Of a stretch of 64,000 nt of DNA, positions 49,540 to 61,983 are shown one piece after another (position 1 is the stretch's first letter; each line of letters opens with the position of its first letter). The notes under the pieces are model-generated. The model was given only the letters and a program-made list of their open reading frames with translations, did not search any database and had not been told where the DNA came from. The DNA is from Amphiscolops sp. MND2022 (lineage: Eukaryota): NCBI GenBank assembly GCA_964187785.1, contig OZ076409.1, positions 77,750,001 through 77,814,000 of the forward strand, in the 5' to 3' direction. A program made the position numbers and the translations under genes.

Positions 49540-51959
49540 TTAGAACGCGGCACGCAAATGCTCAGCTCACTAGTTTCAGCGGTTTTGAAAATAACGGGTA
49601 TTGAATCTGGACTCTCTATGGCTTTTCATGTTACAAGGAATTGTAGGTTTTCGGGGAAATTTAAGTGCTGGTCACAACAGCTAAAACTGTTTTGAGAAAG
49701 CCGATGGTGAAAACAAAATATACAAATGACAATAAGCAACATTCCTGAGTGCTCTCGATTCCGTTTTGAAGAGATAATAAAACCGCCTAAAATAACTATT
49801 CAATTTTAGATGGTAATAATTCGACTTAGTATGGCCATCTAGAATACATCACTTTTATCTGTTCGTTGGTGTCCGAAAATGTCGTCGAAAACAATCAATA
49901 AAAACCCAATGCTTTTAATTCTTGCTTCCTCGAGTCTTTTAGTGGCTCCATGAAACTAACCAGAAAGATAGAATTGTTGCCAGTCTTAGTTTTCAGATGT
50001 TTTGAATTGAATCAACTGATGGCGTGACGAACAATAACGTGCTTCATTTCGAGGTTCAATGTGTTTAAACTGAGATACTTTACTCGTGTTCATCCAATGC
50101 CAGCCTTTCGCCATCAAAATTGTCAATCCCAAATCATTTCTGATCACCATAAATCTAAGTTTGAGAGAAAATCGGATTTTTTACACAAAAAAATAATGTG
50201 TGAAGATGTAGACTCCCTTTGGCTACTCACTGCCCAAACCCCGTTCTTCAACGAACAATTTTTGTGATTAGATACAATCACAGGTTCGCTGAACAATCAT
50301 TTTTCATTTGAAACCAACGTTCTTAACCACAAAATGGAAGTCGCAGAAAGGCAGAAGTTGTTTAAAGGACAAAATTATACTTGAATATTTGTGGTATTGG
50401 AAAATCTCTTTGTAAACAAAGTAGCACTTCACAAGATAATTCACTGAAGTCAGATACTAAATATCCGAAACGGCCCTTCTGAACACAGCAAGTCATCCAC
50501 TGTCAGTTGCAGAACAATTGAAGACATCTCTACTGTGTCTTACTGTGTTTCCGAGCATATTGAAGATAATGAGACCTTAGACGGCCGCACGATGGTGTTA
50601 ATTGAAAAAAACTTTTACGTTTTCAAAATCCAAGAAACTGATGAAAAACTGTTTTCCGAAACCGTTCAGCATCACCGTAGTTCGTCAAAATTATAATTGG
50701 TAACAAAAAGACTCGAAAGAAAGCGAAAATGTGATTTTCAAATATTTCATTAGTGTACATTCATATGCCCGTCTCAACTTTCCGAGCAATTTTTGATTAG
50801 AAAAACAATATTCAATCCTCTATTTTCCTTGCCAATGAGCGGAGATGATTTTTGAAAGTTTAAATTCAGCCAAAATGGTTCTGTCACTACTTTTTTTTCT
50901 TCATTCAATTTTGATGTCACCAGCGTTTTTTTGACTGATTCATCTCGAAACTTCGTAGAGTGCCCATATCTCTACTTTCGAGAAATAAAATAGTTTCCAC
51001 AGAACTAACTTCAGCTTTACTATGCAGCCCAAAAAAGAAAATGAGCCTATCATATCTGTCGTAGAAGAGTTACGCACTTGTTTTCTTGTTTTGGCGGTAT
51101 TAAAATTGAATGGGTAGCCTTTGAGTATCTAATTATCTCCGCATTTTCCCCATTGAACGTCCTATTATAACTCGTTTACATAGCGAGTCCTATAAAATTG
51201 TTTTCGGTGACTTTGAGATGCATGTTAATACTGTAAAAGCCATTCAAACACGATCGTAAGAATGTTCAAGTAAGTCGGACTTCATATGGGACGCAGCAGC
51301 CAATCAGAATTCGAGCGCAAATCTGCTTTAAAAGTCGCGCCATTCAGCAGTCCATTCGTCACGCTTGTGTGGTATAGGAAGTCTGATAATAATTTTTCTG
51401 ATACTGAAAATGTTCCAGTTGAAATCATTGCTTTCTTGAGCTTTTAAACTTTTGAAATCAATTGCAATTGTAACTTTGTTAATACAACGAACTGTTTGAA
51501 GCAGTTCAAAGTTGTTATCGGAACGCAATAATATGTTTTATGTTCATCAAAAATTTGCACAAGCCATAGATTGTCTTTTGTGAGCCATTGCGAGTCCAAA
51601 AATAACCGAAATGGAGCCAAAGGAAGTCTCAGAATTTTTAATATTATTATAATTTTTATTATTGTTATTGTTACTATTATTAATTTTATTATTACTGAAT
51701 TATTGCAGTTATTTTCATTGAAAAAGTTTTATTTGAGCCCGACAAAATAACTTCTCATTCAGCTAGTGTTCTCGGAGTTTTCGAGGGGGGGGGGTGGTTG
51801 AATGAGACTGAAGGTTCAAATACCATTATGACGACATCGTTTACGTTGAAATTTTGGTGAACAAAATATTTGATGTCGACATAATCCTATCCAGAAAATT
51901 AGGGTCATTTTTTGCCTGAAGGGTCGAACCAGTTGTAGAGACATCAAGTGGAATTTTTA

Positions 51960-54310
51960 GATTTTGGCAACCGAATTGGGTTTTCTTACACATCATCAGC
52001 CAATATGAAAATTTATATCAAATTTAAGGAAAAGTGTGTTTAATTTCAAAATTGAACTACTTTCCTTTCAATCTTTCACAAAATGGGTACTGGATTCCCA
52101 AATAACATAAGAGTAAATAATTTCCAAATAACAAAAATGGAAAAGTATGAAAAATACAGAGAAAATTTTTTGAGTTCAATTGTTTATTCGGGTATTCAGT
52201 TTTATTTTTGTTATCTGAAATTAAATTTCCTTTTTGTGTTAAATGCGACTAAGTTTTTAATAATATTAGTATTGAGTATTTCAGTGATGTCCATTTTTAT
52301 TCTTATTTTGAATGAAATTTAAAATATTGATTCAATTTAAAATAACCATAACTACAACAATTTAAGTTATCGGGAACACCAAACCAAGATCCAATTAAAA
52401 CTTAATTATACAGGGCAAAAGTAACCTTGTTTTGAGTTTTGTAACCTCTGCTGTTATATGAGCCAGGGTTGGTCACATTTTGATTTTTATTCGTTTAACA
52501 CAGACAAATAGGATTTAATGGATTTAAATCCGGATTCTTGATTTAAATCAAGATTTTTCCCCACTTTTGAAAAAGCCTTGGTGGACCTCAGACGCCCTAA
52601 CCCCCCCTTTTTAGTGCGGTGCGGCGGTGAAACAAAATGGACGATTTGGCCGATAGTTATCCAAAAATGTTTATAAATAAATTCAATTTAAATCCAATTT
52701 GGAATCAAATTTGGAATCAAAAATGTTTTTAGGAACTGTTCAGAACTTTAAAACAGGAAAGAAGCTCTCAAGCAATTTCGTTGCTTACTGTGAATCAAAC
52801 AAGGCCGGTCAGCTTGGTAATTAGCGCTGGTTTAAACAGTGTGGTTTAAAACCATTTTGATTTAAATCGAATAACACCCGAAAAAAATCGATTCAAATCA
52901 TTATTCAAATCAATGATTTAAATCGTCAATTCGAATTGGCCATCCCTGATTTGTGCCCGACAAAATAAATTCTCATTCGTGTGAAACTTATCTCCCACTG
53001 CATCTGGAACTCATTGCAGATTTTTGTGGGGGTTTTAAAATTTTCGCCCTTACTGAGCGGGGGAGGGGGGTTCAGTGATGTCCATTTATATTGATAAATT
53101 CGTTCCAAGTGGTTTCAAACTTCTGATATTTTCATTCAAATTTTCTTTAAAAATACGGGGATGTGATTTTTTATTCACTGTATTTCAAAAATTTAAACTA
53201 AGAGCAGTTTTGGCATTTCATCTTTTATCTCAAAACTGGGTGGTAATTCACTTGTTTCTTTAATATCCCTAACACAGAAAATTGATATCACTGACTTGGT
53301 TTAATTGGAAGAAAGATTACTTGGCCAAGTGCATATTTCAGTTATTAAATTAGTTGGTTACTTCAGTGAGAGGACAAAACAAACTTTTGAAAACAAAGCA
53401 AGTTACGAGTGAAAGACAGGGTAAAGTAACGATGTATTTTGTCAATTATCCGGCTCCATTGATTATTCAATATCCAAACACTAAACCCATCAGTTTCTTC
53501 AAAGTATGAACCAGCACTCTTCAACCATCAGAATATCGACCATCAGAATGCTTTGCGCTCATTACGGGGAAGACCTAGACAACTATATCTGGTTTCTTGA
53601 TGAGAACCAAGCAATATGCCGGGAGTGCCGTGATGTTTGGATAAAGGTCCTCGAGATGTAAGTACCTTGCTTTTCAACCTTGCTTTTGAACGTTGTAGCT
53701 GAAGCTGATGATGTTTTTTACTTCAACAGTTTCCCATATTTTCCATAACAAATTCCAAAAGCACCCGTCATTTCAAAGATTTGTTTTCCGATGCCATGAA
53801 ATTATTACTTTTCTGTCTTTCTTGATACGTTGTGCAAAGCAGACTTAGTGGGACATAGACCCCCTCTTTTTCAGTAGGAGGCGGAGCTTGATCGACTTGC
53901 AGAAATGAGAGCTTGATCAACCTGCAGAAATTAGAGCTTGATCGACCTGCAGAAGACCCTATAAACCTTTTTCAAATGAACAAGTTTTTTTATTTTTCAA
54001 TTGTAAATATTTTGTTATTGTATAAATAAAAATTTTTACTTTCAAGTTTAGTCTAGCACTAATTTTTCTTTGTAATATTTCTCAAAACATATGGAAAGAA
54101 AAAAGACCTGCATTTTGACTTCTGATTGAAAATACAGATAAACTGATATACAAATTGTACAGCAATAAAAAAATGCAAAACTTTTTTTCAACGCGGAGGC
54201 GGAGTTTCGTAACGGGGGATGGTTAAAAACATGGCTAAAAACATGGGGTCAAACATGGCTAAAAACCTAGAAGGGGGACCTTTTGGTGTTTTTAAGGGAA
54301 AATTCTGAAC
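51960..54310 (+). repeat. Diverged paralog of the 8975-11200 unit and of 13810-14215
   Basis: Collinear shared blocks (GATTTTGGCAACCGAATTGG, GGATTCCCAAATAACATAAGAG, AAAACAAAGCAAGTTACGAGT, CAGAAGACCCTATAAA). Confidence 0.9.
52464..52948. mobile_element. ~485-bp hAT-type MITE with GATTTAAATC subterminal repeats; truncated copies at ~10026-10405 and ~12294-12676
   Basis: Ends CAGGGTTGGTCA / TGGCCATCCCTG; flanks ATATGAGC / ATTTGTGC (6/8). Confidence 0.65.
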
Positions 54311-56277
54311 GGGGTGGCGGCCACACAGTCGCCCACCCCTAAAGACGCCACTGTACTGTATTATTTTGATTTATAACATTATGAATGTCTAGACGAAACT
54401 TTCACTTTTGATGTATTTCACGTTGGACGAATTCTTAATCACTGTATTGGCCTATCAGATCGTCGGACAGAAAAAGAATCTTTTTTCTATCACATTGCGT
54501 TTCTTTTTGGACTTACTATACATCTACCTCTTCGAGTTAAGCAACGCAAAGATATCCTCAACCACACTGTGTTTCATTTCACGCGTGTTTACTCCACGCC
54601 ACGTTGAGCAATTCACACTTTGTGGGATTTGTCAGTAGTAACCATTCATCACAAACTCTCTACATTTTTCTCTTCTGCATTTTGCTGTGCACGAGTCCGA
54701 AAATAAATTTTAATTCCCGCGAGTATCTACTATAAATTTGCAACGCCATCCGGGGTATTTAATGAAACTCAGCTATTCTGCACGTCGAAAGAACAAGGAA
54801 AGTAAAATTGAAATAACTGGTAACACAACCTCACGAATTTTTGGACTCATGGGAAAAAATCAATATTCGGACTCGTGGTTAATTAAGTTTCGGACTCGTG
54901 GAAAGACACGCGGGAATCGTTGGAACTCTGAAACGAAGCTGAACCATGGAACCAGGTCCTTCGTCTGACAAAGAACCTAACTAACCAACATTAAGCGAGT
55001 TAGGTCACCTGTAGGTTAGGCTTTGTATAATATAGTAAGAAAGAGAACTAAAGAAACAAGAAAAGAAAAACTCCAGCTGAGATTGAAACCAATTTCGACA
55101 AAAGTTTCAAGATACTTGGACTTGGAACGACTCGAAAATTAGAGGAATTAAGCGGGAGAACAAAAATTATAAAAAATGCCGGAAATAAGTTCATCAAAAC
55201 TGAATTTAAACTCAAATCAGTATTACAATATTTACAGTACATGTATTTGCGAATAATCATAGCCGCAACGTGCTAATTAAAGAAATCACTGTGGCAACTA
55301 AGGGCATAGACATTTCAGGGAAGGTACGACCTTGTTTGAGCAATACTGATGCTGATAATAACTTATGCTCGGCTGCTATCACACAGCCATCGCACGTTGT
55401 TAAACATTACGTTGTAGAACTGTAGGTAACTACAGGTACTCTACAGTAAGGACATGTAACAACTGCACTTGCTAAACTGTCAAAACAATGTTTTATACAA
55501 TCTCTACAGGCTAAGTGTAAACTATGTTCGATATGAAAACTTCGTAAGTTTTACTATTCTAAAATTTTCGAGGCACATCATACAATCTTTTTGGCTGTCA
55601 CCGTTCGTGGTTTGTTTTTCACTCTCATCGTCGTGACACCTAGAAACTCGAAACTAATAAACATTGTGTACGGACATGAATGTAAATACTTAGAGGATTG
55701 CCTCTACAACTGTTTGGACACTTCACTCAGAAAAAGTATCATAAAAGTTTAGATAGTATTGTCCAAAACAGCAAAAATTCACGCTTGGAACAAGATACAA
55801 TAGAATGGATAGGATTATGTCGAAATCAATTATTTTATTCGACCAAAAATTCAACGCAAACGATGCCGACATAAAATTTGGGGGGAAAATATGTCATTGT
55901 TCGAAATTTTGTAATAAGGCGCAGGGATGTTCAAATTGAGAAAGTTACTATTGGTTGGTTTTTATTTTCAAAATCCTGCCAAAGCTGGGAAAAATTCCAT
56001 AAACAAATAATGGCCATTTTTAAACACAGTACCATATAGCAGGGCCTCCGAAAATTAAATTGGAATCAAAGATTTCAATTATTTTGAACCAAAAATCACC
56101 TAACTGATAAATAGAAACTTACAAATTAATTATACATTAATTGCATTTTGACCTCGTTAAAACCAATTAATTGCACCCAAATCATTGCATTTATTTGTTT
56201 GCCAGTTATTTATTTGGAAGCCCTGCCATATAGTATTGTTCACTAACGAGTAACCAGCAATAAGCGCTCTGATTGGT

Positions 56278-56488
56278 TGAAAATAGCAACGCGGAGTGAT
56301 TTGAGTAATCCCAATGAAATAGCAACGCGATGTGATTTCGAGTAATTCCAGTGAAATAGCAACGCGATGTGATTTCGAGTATTTCCAGTGAAATAGCAAC
56401 GCAATGTGATTTCCAGCAATTCCAATGGAATAGCAACGCGATGTGATTTCGAGTAATTTCAATGAAATAGCAACGCCGTGTGATTTCG
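56278..56488 (+). repeat. 37-bp-family tandem array (6 units)
   Basis: Same core; same upstream leader as 20100-20141. Confidence 0.95.
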
Positions 56489-58084
56489 AAAGTTGTCAAA
56501 TGTCAACGCTTTTTTCTCCGTGATAAAACATAATGCACAAGTTTTAACTGACAGTCAAATAACATAAAAATGTAATTTGTTTCAAATAACATAAGAATAC
56601 AACCGAATACTCGGTTAAACAATCATCGAACTCAATAGTTAAACAATAGTTATTTGTTTTTGTTATAGTGTAGAATCCAGTTACTAACAAACCCTTCGGA
56701 CAATGAAAATTTACAATAAATCGGACTGTTTAACATGTGCTTTGTGGAAGCGGTACTGGCTATTTTGGTGTTATTAAACAGATTTTCTGCCACTATCCGG
56801 TGTGTTATTAACCGGATTTTACTGTATTCGCTCTTATGTTATTTGTGAACAAATTACTTTGTAAATGCGAGAAATTTCGCTAATATCTCCATTCTGAATC
56901 CTTTCTAAAAATGATAGAATTTATTCCAAAAAATAAAATAAAATAATTGTAATTAGGACCTTCAACTCGTTGTTCAGTATTTCTTTTGTTCCAATTTACT
57001 CTTTTGGGTGGGGGGAGGGGGAGTTTGAACATGTGAATACAAAATTTTGAATATGCGAGAATTTTCGCTAATGCGAGAAATTTCTTCATTCTGAAGCCTT
57101 TGTAAAAATTATAGAATTTATGTTTAAAACTTGTTCAAAACTTGGAGTTGGTGGGACAAGCATTGTTGGTTCATACCCTGTCGGACATATCATAAATGAA
57201 TCATAGTAATGTGGTGTTATAATGAAGCAACATGAACGTTTAAAGAGGTCAATGACCAAAAGAAAATTATCATACTTGGTAAGACTTACACCGATAACAA
57301 CGTCTTGACAATCCGAGGACGGCGTTCGTCCTTTTTCAAAAACCCATCACTTGGTGGGACATACACTCGACATGTCGTCGACCAATCAGAAGCCGATGTT
57401 TCCAACCCGCGTTGATGGGATATACACACTGCATTCTCGCCGACAAATCAGAGGCCGAAACGCATGGGGCCGTTTCACGCATTGTTGGTGGGACATACAC
57501 ACAATCCGTTTAACCAATCAAAAACGCCGATTTCATCGATGACAACTTTTCGTGTGGAGTGTAACGCACTTGGTGGAACATTGGCTCAAATGGTTTCTTA
57601 GTCAATTTCAGACATTTTGCACTATGTGTAAAATGACGTCCCACTTATTATGTCCCATTTTGTGCCCGTCCCTCCAAGGCCTAGTAAAAAGTGCGGTCTA
57701 TGTCCCACCAACTCTGGTTTCGTACACGCACTTTTGTGGAATGAAAACTGTTTTTTCCAAAAAAATCACACTGTGCCAAACCAGAAAGATGGAACCCTTT
57801 GTGTATTGCATATAGTTGAGTGTCTCAGCTAGGTTTGAAACCCAAATGATACAGTCAATGTGAGTTCGATGAAACACTTAGAGAACCTAAACAAATAGAA
57901 TACTACTACCTTTGGAAGTAGCTTGACTTTTAACGGAATGATGTTGATCATTTTATGCTCCATATATCGAACCAGATGGGTCAGAGTCGGAAAAAAGTTA
58001 GGACCAGGCTAAATTCAGTACTAGAAGATAGAGAGCATGCAATATTTAAATGTGATAGAAATCATTGATGTTTAATGAACATTT

Positions 58085-58677
58085 TCAGGCTCCATTTTTA
58101 TCTTCTTTCTGACAGTTGTGCAAAAGGGTTGTTCGAATTCTTCGACACCCCAGAATGAACTGCTTTGAGAGCATAGGCGATATCAGACCACATGCATTTC
58201 TTCTTCCCGGAATGGCGCAACTTCTTTTAGACTTGTTTGGGTAGAATGTCCCACATTTGTTGCTCTGTTTTTTCTTTCTGCAAACTATTCCAAAGCACTT
58301 GCAAAAACAACAGCGTAAATTGCGCCGCATTATTCGGCGGTATAAGTTTTTCAGTTCAATCTGAACGATGATGCAATCTGCGTTTTCGTCTATGGTACGA
58401 ACATCTCCGATTGTTAAACCAATCAATAGATTCATGAGAACCAGTGTTGCTAATGTTGTAGTGAGGAGCCAATGAATGGCGTATGAAGCGACAATTTCCG
58501 AGTTGGGGTCGCGAAGGTTGGCGTAATTTTGTGTCAAATGACTAGTATCAATATAACCGTACATCACACTCAGTACTCGCAGAATACTCTTGAAAAAATG
58601 CAAGAGTTCAATTTTGCCCATTTTTCCTTGTAGTGGAGCCAGCGTTTGACACTCGTATTGAATTGAAGAATTGTTAT
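58085..58677 (-). CDS. TRPA1-like channel, last coding exon (pore helix, S6, TRP-like helix, Cys-rich tail)
   Basis: FFKSILRVLSVMYGYID resembles the TRPA1 pore helix; LVLMNLLIGLTIGDV resembles TRPA1 IVLMNLLIGLAVGDI. Phase-1 acceptor TTGTTTCAG| gives an exon start at 58677; an alternative in-frame acceptor gives 58740. Confidence 0.85.
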
Positions 58678-58809
58678 CTGAAACAAGCCGAGAACGGCAT
58701 AAGTCGGGGCCATACCTAAGGCTCCAAAACAGCACAAGGACTTCAAAGTGTCAAGTATTCTCTTCTACAGTACTTGAAAAACCCAAACATTCGACCGAAC
58801 AGACGCGAT

Positions 58810-59095
58810 AAAAGGGGGGACCTTTCGGATTTTTTACCATCCATTCTGCTGCAAAATATCACCAAAAGTGAAGGGGGACTCTTTGGAGACTGGAGACATT
58901 TAAAAATTTTTGAAAAAAAATACAAAAATGAGATTTTTTAACAGTCTCATAGTGCCAAAAAATGTAAAAGGGTTTCCCTTTGGATTTTTCAAAATCCATT
59001 CTGTTGCAAATAATAAAAAACGAAAGGGGACCTTTGAGGACATTGAAAATTTTTCGAAAAAAAAGTCTCACAATGCCGAAAAAACGAAAGGGTCT
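58810..59095. repeat. Intronic repeat with two ~155-bp imperfect units
   Basis: GGATTTTT..ATCCATTCTG.TGCAAA..GAAGGGG.AC occurs twice. Confidence 0.6.
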
Positions 59096-59819
59096 TTTAG
59101 TCTCGCCCAGTATTGTATCAAAAAAAATTAACCTTCATGATTCAGTTTCCTAAGCCAAATGGTCCAATATGACACTTAAAATTTCGTAGAACTTTGTAGA
59201 ACTATTTTGTTCAGTTCCTGTGGATTGAAAAAAAAAGAGTCACTAGCACTAGTATAGTCGCGTTTCACTTCATGAAGCGCCGACTAAAACAATAAGCGGG
59301 ATCTTTTTGAAAACCCAGACTGAGACCTCTTTCAACTCTCTACATGGTCAAGGCGAACCCCATACATGGGGATACATTGCCCGTGCATGAACCATGCATA
59401 GCCTTGTCACTTCTTCACGGCAATCAATGCATGTAAACGACGGAAACTATATTGTTCAAACGCTTCGAAAAAGCTCTTCAACAGTAGTGAAACAATTCAG
59501 AGCTATAAATCGACCTGCATGGGCTTACCTCCCTTAAGTCGAGCAAATTCTTGAAGTATGGAATAAGTATGCATTCATTAATTGCAAATGATGGAAAGTA
59601 TTAAGTGCCAAGTATAATGGGAAATCACAAAAACTCTATTTATCAAGATTATTAACCTTGAATCACACATAGCTTGTAGGTAGTTTTCTGGTGAAATTGT
59701 GTGTGCCACTCAAATGTGCCATGGCGTTTTCTTGGGTTGCTAGATACATTATTTTACTTGTCTTGAACCAAAAAAAATTGTTCGAATCATAAATCATTTG
59801 TTTTGTAAAAAAAACTAAC

Positions 59820-60355
59820 CCATTTGTTTGTTGATAAACTGAGCATCTATTAATTCTTCGTGACGAAGGGTAAACTCAGTTGCAGCAAGGGCCAAAATCA
59901 GAAGCAAAATTGGTAAAACGCTTTTCAGGAGTGTTTTGAGAATTCCTGAAGACAACAGAATGTATTTTCCGCAGAACATATTATTGGAAAGAGAATCCAA
60001 CAAATTCGTCAGAAGAATTAGAGTGAAAATAGTAGTGAAAATGCTGTTTGTTGTCTCAGATACCGCGAAACAGTATGGTACGCAGAGAAACACTAATAGC
60101 TGCAACAAAAATTCTTTCCAATGATTTTTGTGTAGAAAAAATATCTTGGGAATTTCTGATGCAGTATGGAGCAAAAAAACTAGAACGAATGCAAAACTGC
60201 ACAGCAAAGATGTTGATGAATACGGGAACCATGTTTCATCATCTTGGATACTTTCAGTGCAGATTGCGTCCATTTTGTAGGAGAATGACTGTGCCACAGT
60301 TGACAACAATCCTCCAACTAGTAGAAGAAGTTTCAAAAACGCCATTTTCCAATTG
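59820..60355 (-). CDS. TRPA1-like channel, exon encoding S1-S5
   Basis: Five hydrophobic segments; TNLLDSLSNNMFCGKYILLSSGILKTLLKSVLPILLLILA resembles the TRPA1 S4/S4-S5 linker/S5. Acceptor TTGTTTCAG| at 60356; phase-1 donor G|GTTAGT at 59819, in frame with the next exon. Confidence 0.85.
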
Positions 60356-60404
60356 CTGAAACAACAAACTTAACCGAAAGTTTTGACCCGCACAAAATGA
60401 ATTA

Positions 60405-61600
60405 CACTATAGTTCCAAAATGTTGAATACGGCAAATATGTTTTTAAAAAACAACAAATCCAACAAATCCAAGATAAACTCTAAACACAACAATAACAAC
60501 TGTATTGAAGCAGCCCTCTCAGAATCGGGAAATACGTCCATTACTATCAACAACTACTTTCAGAAGTCAGGAAGGCTGTCATATAATTTTTGAATGATCT
60601 CTAAACTTTTTTATCTAAATTCTCCCACAAAATAGTTTGTTCTGCAAGCCTTCTCTTTACAAAAGCCCAAAGGTTCTCAATAATATTCAAATCAAGACTG
60701 TAAGGTGGCCAATCAAAGACTTCCCAATTCGTTTTCAAGGAAAAAGTTTTTTAAAGTTGATGCTGAATGAACAGGTGCGTTGTCTTGTTGAACCACCAAA
60801 CCTGGAAAATGCATTTTTTCGTAATACCGATTCAGAATGTCGAGATGAATGATGCTGTTCAGCGTATTCGGACATTTAACCAGCATTTTTCGGCCATCTG
60901 ATCGAATTGCGCCCCCAATACATGATAGATCGTCGGTCAGTCGACGCATTCCTCACATTTTTTTTCATGATATTGAGTGTTTTTTCTGCGGAAAACTCGA
61001 ACTACTCTGTCACAAGTGAGCTTTACACGAGTTTCGTCTGTGAACACCAAGGAATACCAAAACCCGGCGCCTTTTTTCATCATTAGTTTGGACCATTTGT
61101 TTTTCAAAAATTTGCGGAGTTGTTTTTGACGGTGATCTTCTTGGCCGCAATTTTGCTGAAAACACCATGTTTCTTCAGTATTTTTCTCACAGTTGTTCTT
61201 GATAATGATTCTTTAATGGAAAGAGAATTGTATTTCACCCGAAGTTTCTCAAGAATGCTCTTGGGGTCTTTTAATACATCCCTAACCAATTTTTTCTTGG
61301 TTTTTTCTGATAACTTTGGTGGTCGGCCAGTTGATTTTTTCGGCACAGAACTGTTGTTTTTGAAATAACGTTTATAAACTGATTGAGCTGTCGATTTGGC
61401 TTTTAAACCTAGCTCATCAGCAATTTTTTGATAAGAAAGGTCTGGGTTTTTCAATGTAACAATTTGACAAGCTAGAATTCAACGGTGCTGGCATTTCCAA
61501 TTTCTGATTATGTTTAAGCGTTGAAACAAGTGAAATGATTTCACAATCATGAGATTTTGTTAGCAGTGAAAGCCGTACTCAACACTTTGGGACTGTACTG
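60405..61600 (-). mobile_element. Decayed Tc1-family (DD34E) DNA transposon, ~1.2 kb
   Basis: HTH plus GRPPKL (61104-61454); VFTDETR; QQDNAPVH; WPPYSLDLNIIENLW after a frameshift. 29-bp TIRs at 60405-60433 and 61572-61600 (5 mismatches); TA on one flank. Confidence 0.93.
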
Positions 61601-61983
61601 TGTTTCCTAAAATTTCATAACTAAGACTTTATAATAAACATAGAAATATTAAAAAAACTAAATTTAACATATAATAAATTTAATAATTTTCGAATTGCCT
61701 AATTGCTATGGTAGGCTTGTTGAATAAATTCAAAGATGGCAAAGATTTGAATTTGAGACAACTGGACAACATCTATGACGCTGTTTTGTTGGTTTGTTGC
61801 TGCACTTCGGCTGAAAAAACTATCACAACCCGGTGATATTATTCCCTTTATTTTCCATTTTATCAATTCAAGGTTTTGTTTCATATACGGATTGTTTCAA
61901 GGCTGTGGTGATTGTTTTTTGGGGAGATTCGCACATACCCAAATGTCGTATTCCTGCAATTGATTAGGTTTCGAGGTTAAATT

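Noticed and set aside
59455..59530. Extra TRPA exon within the intron
   Set aside because: The candidate acceptor near 59514 gives a stop after ~19 codons in the required phase; the flanking exons already join in frame.
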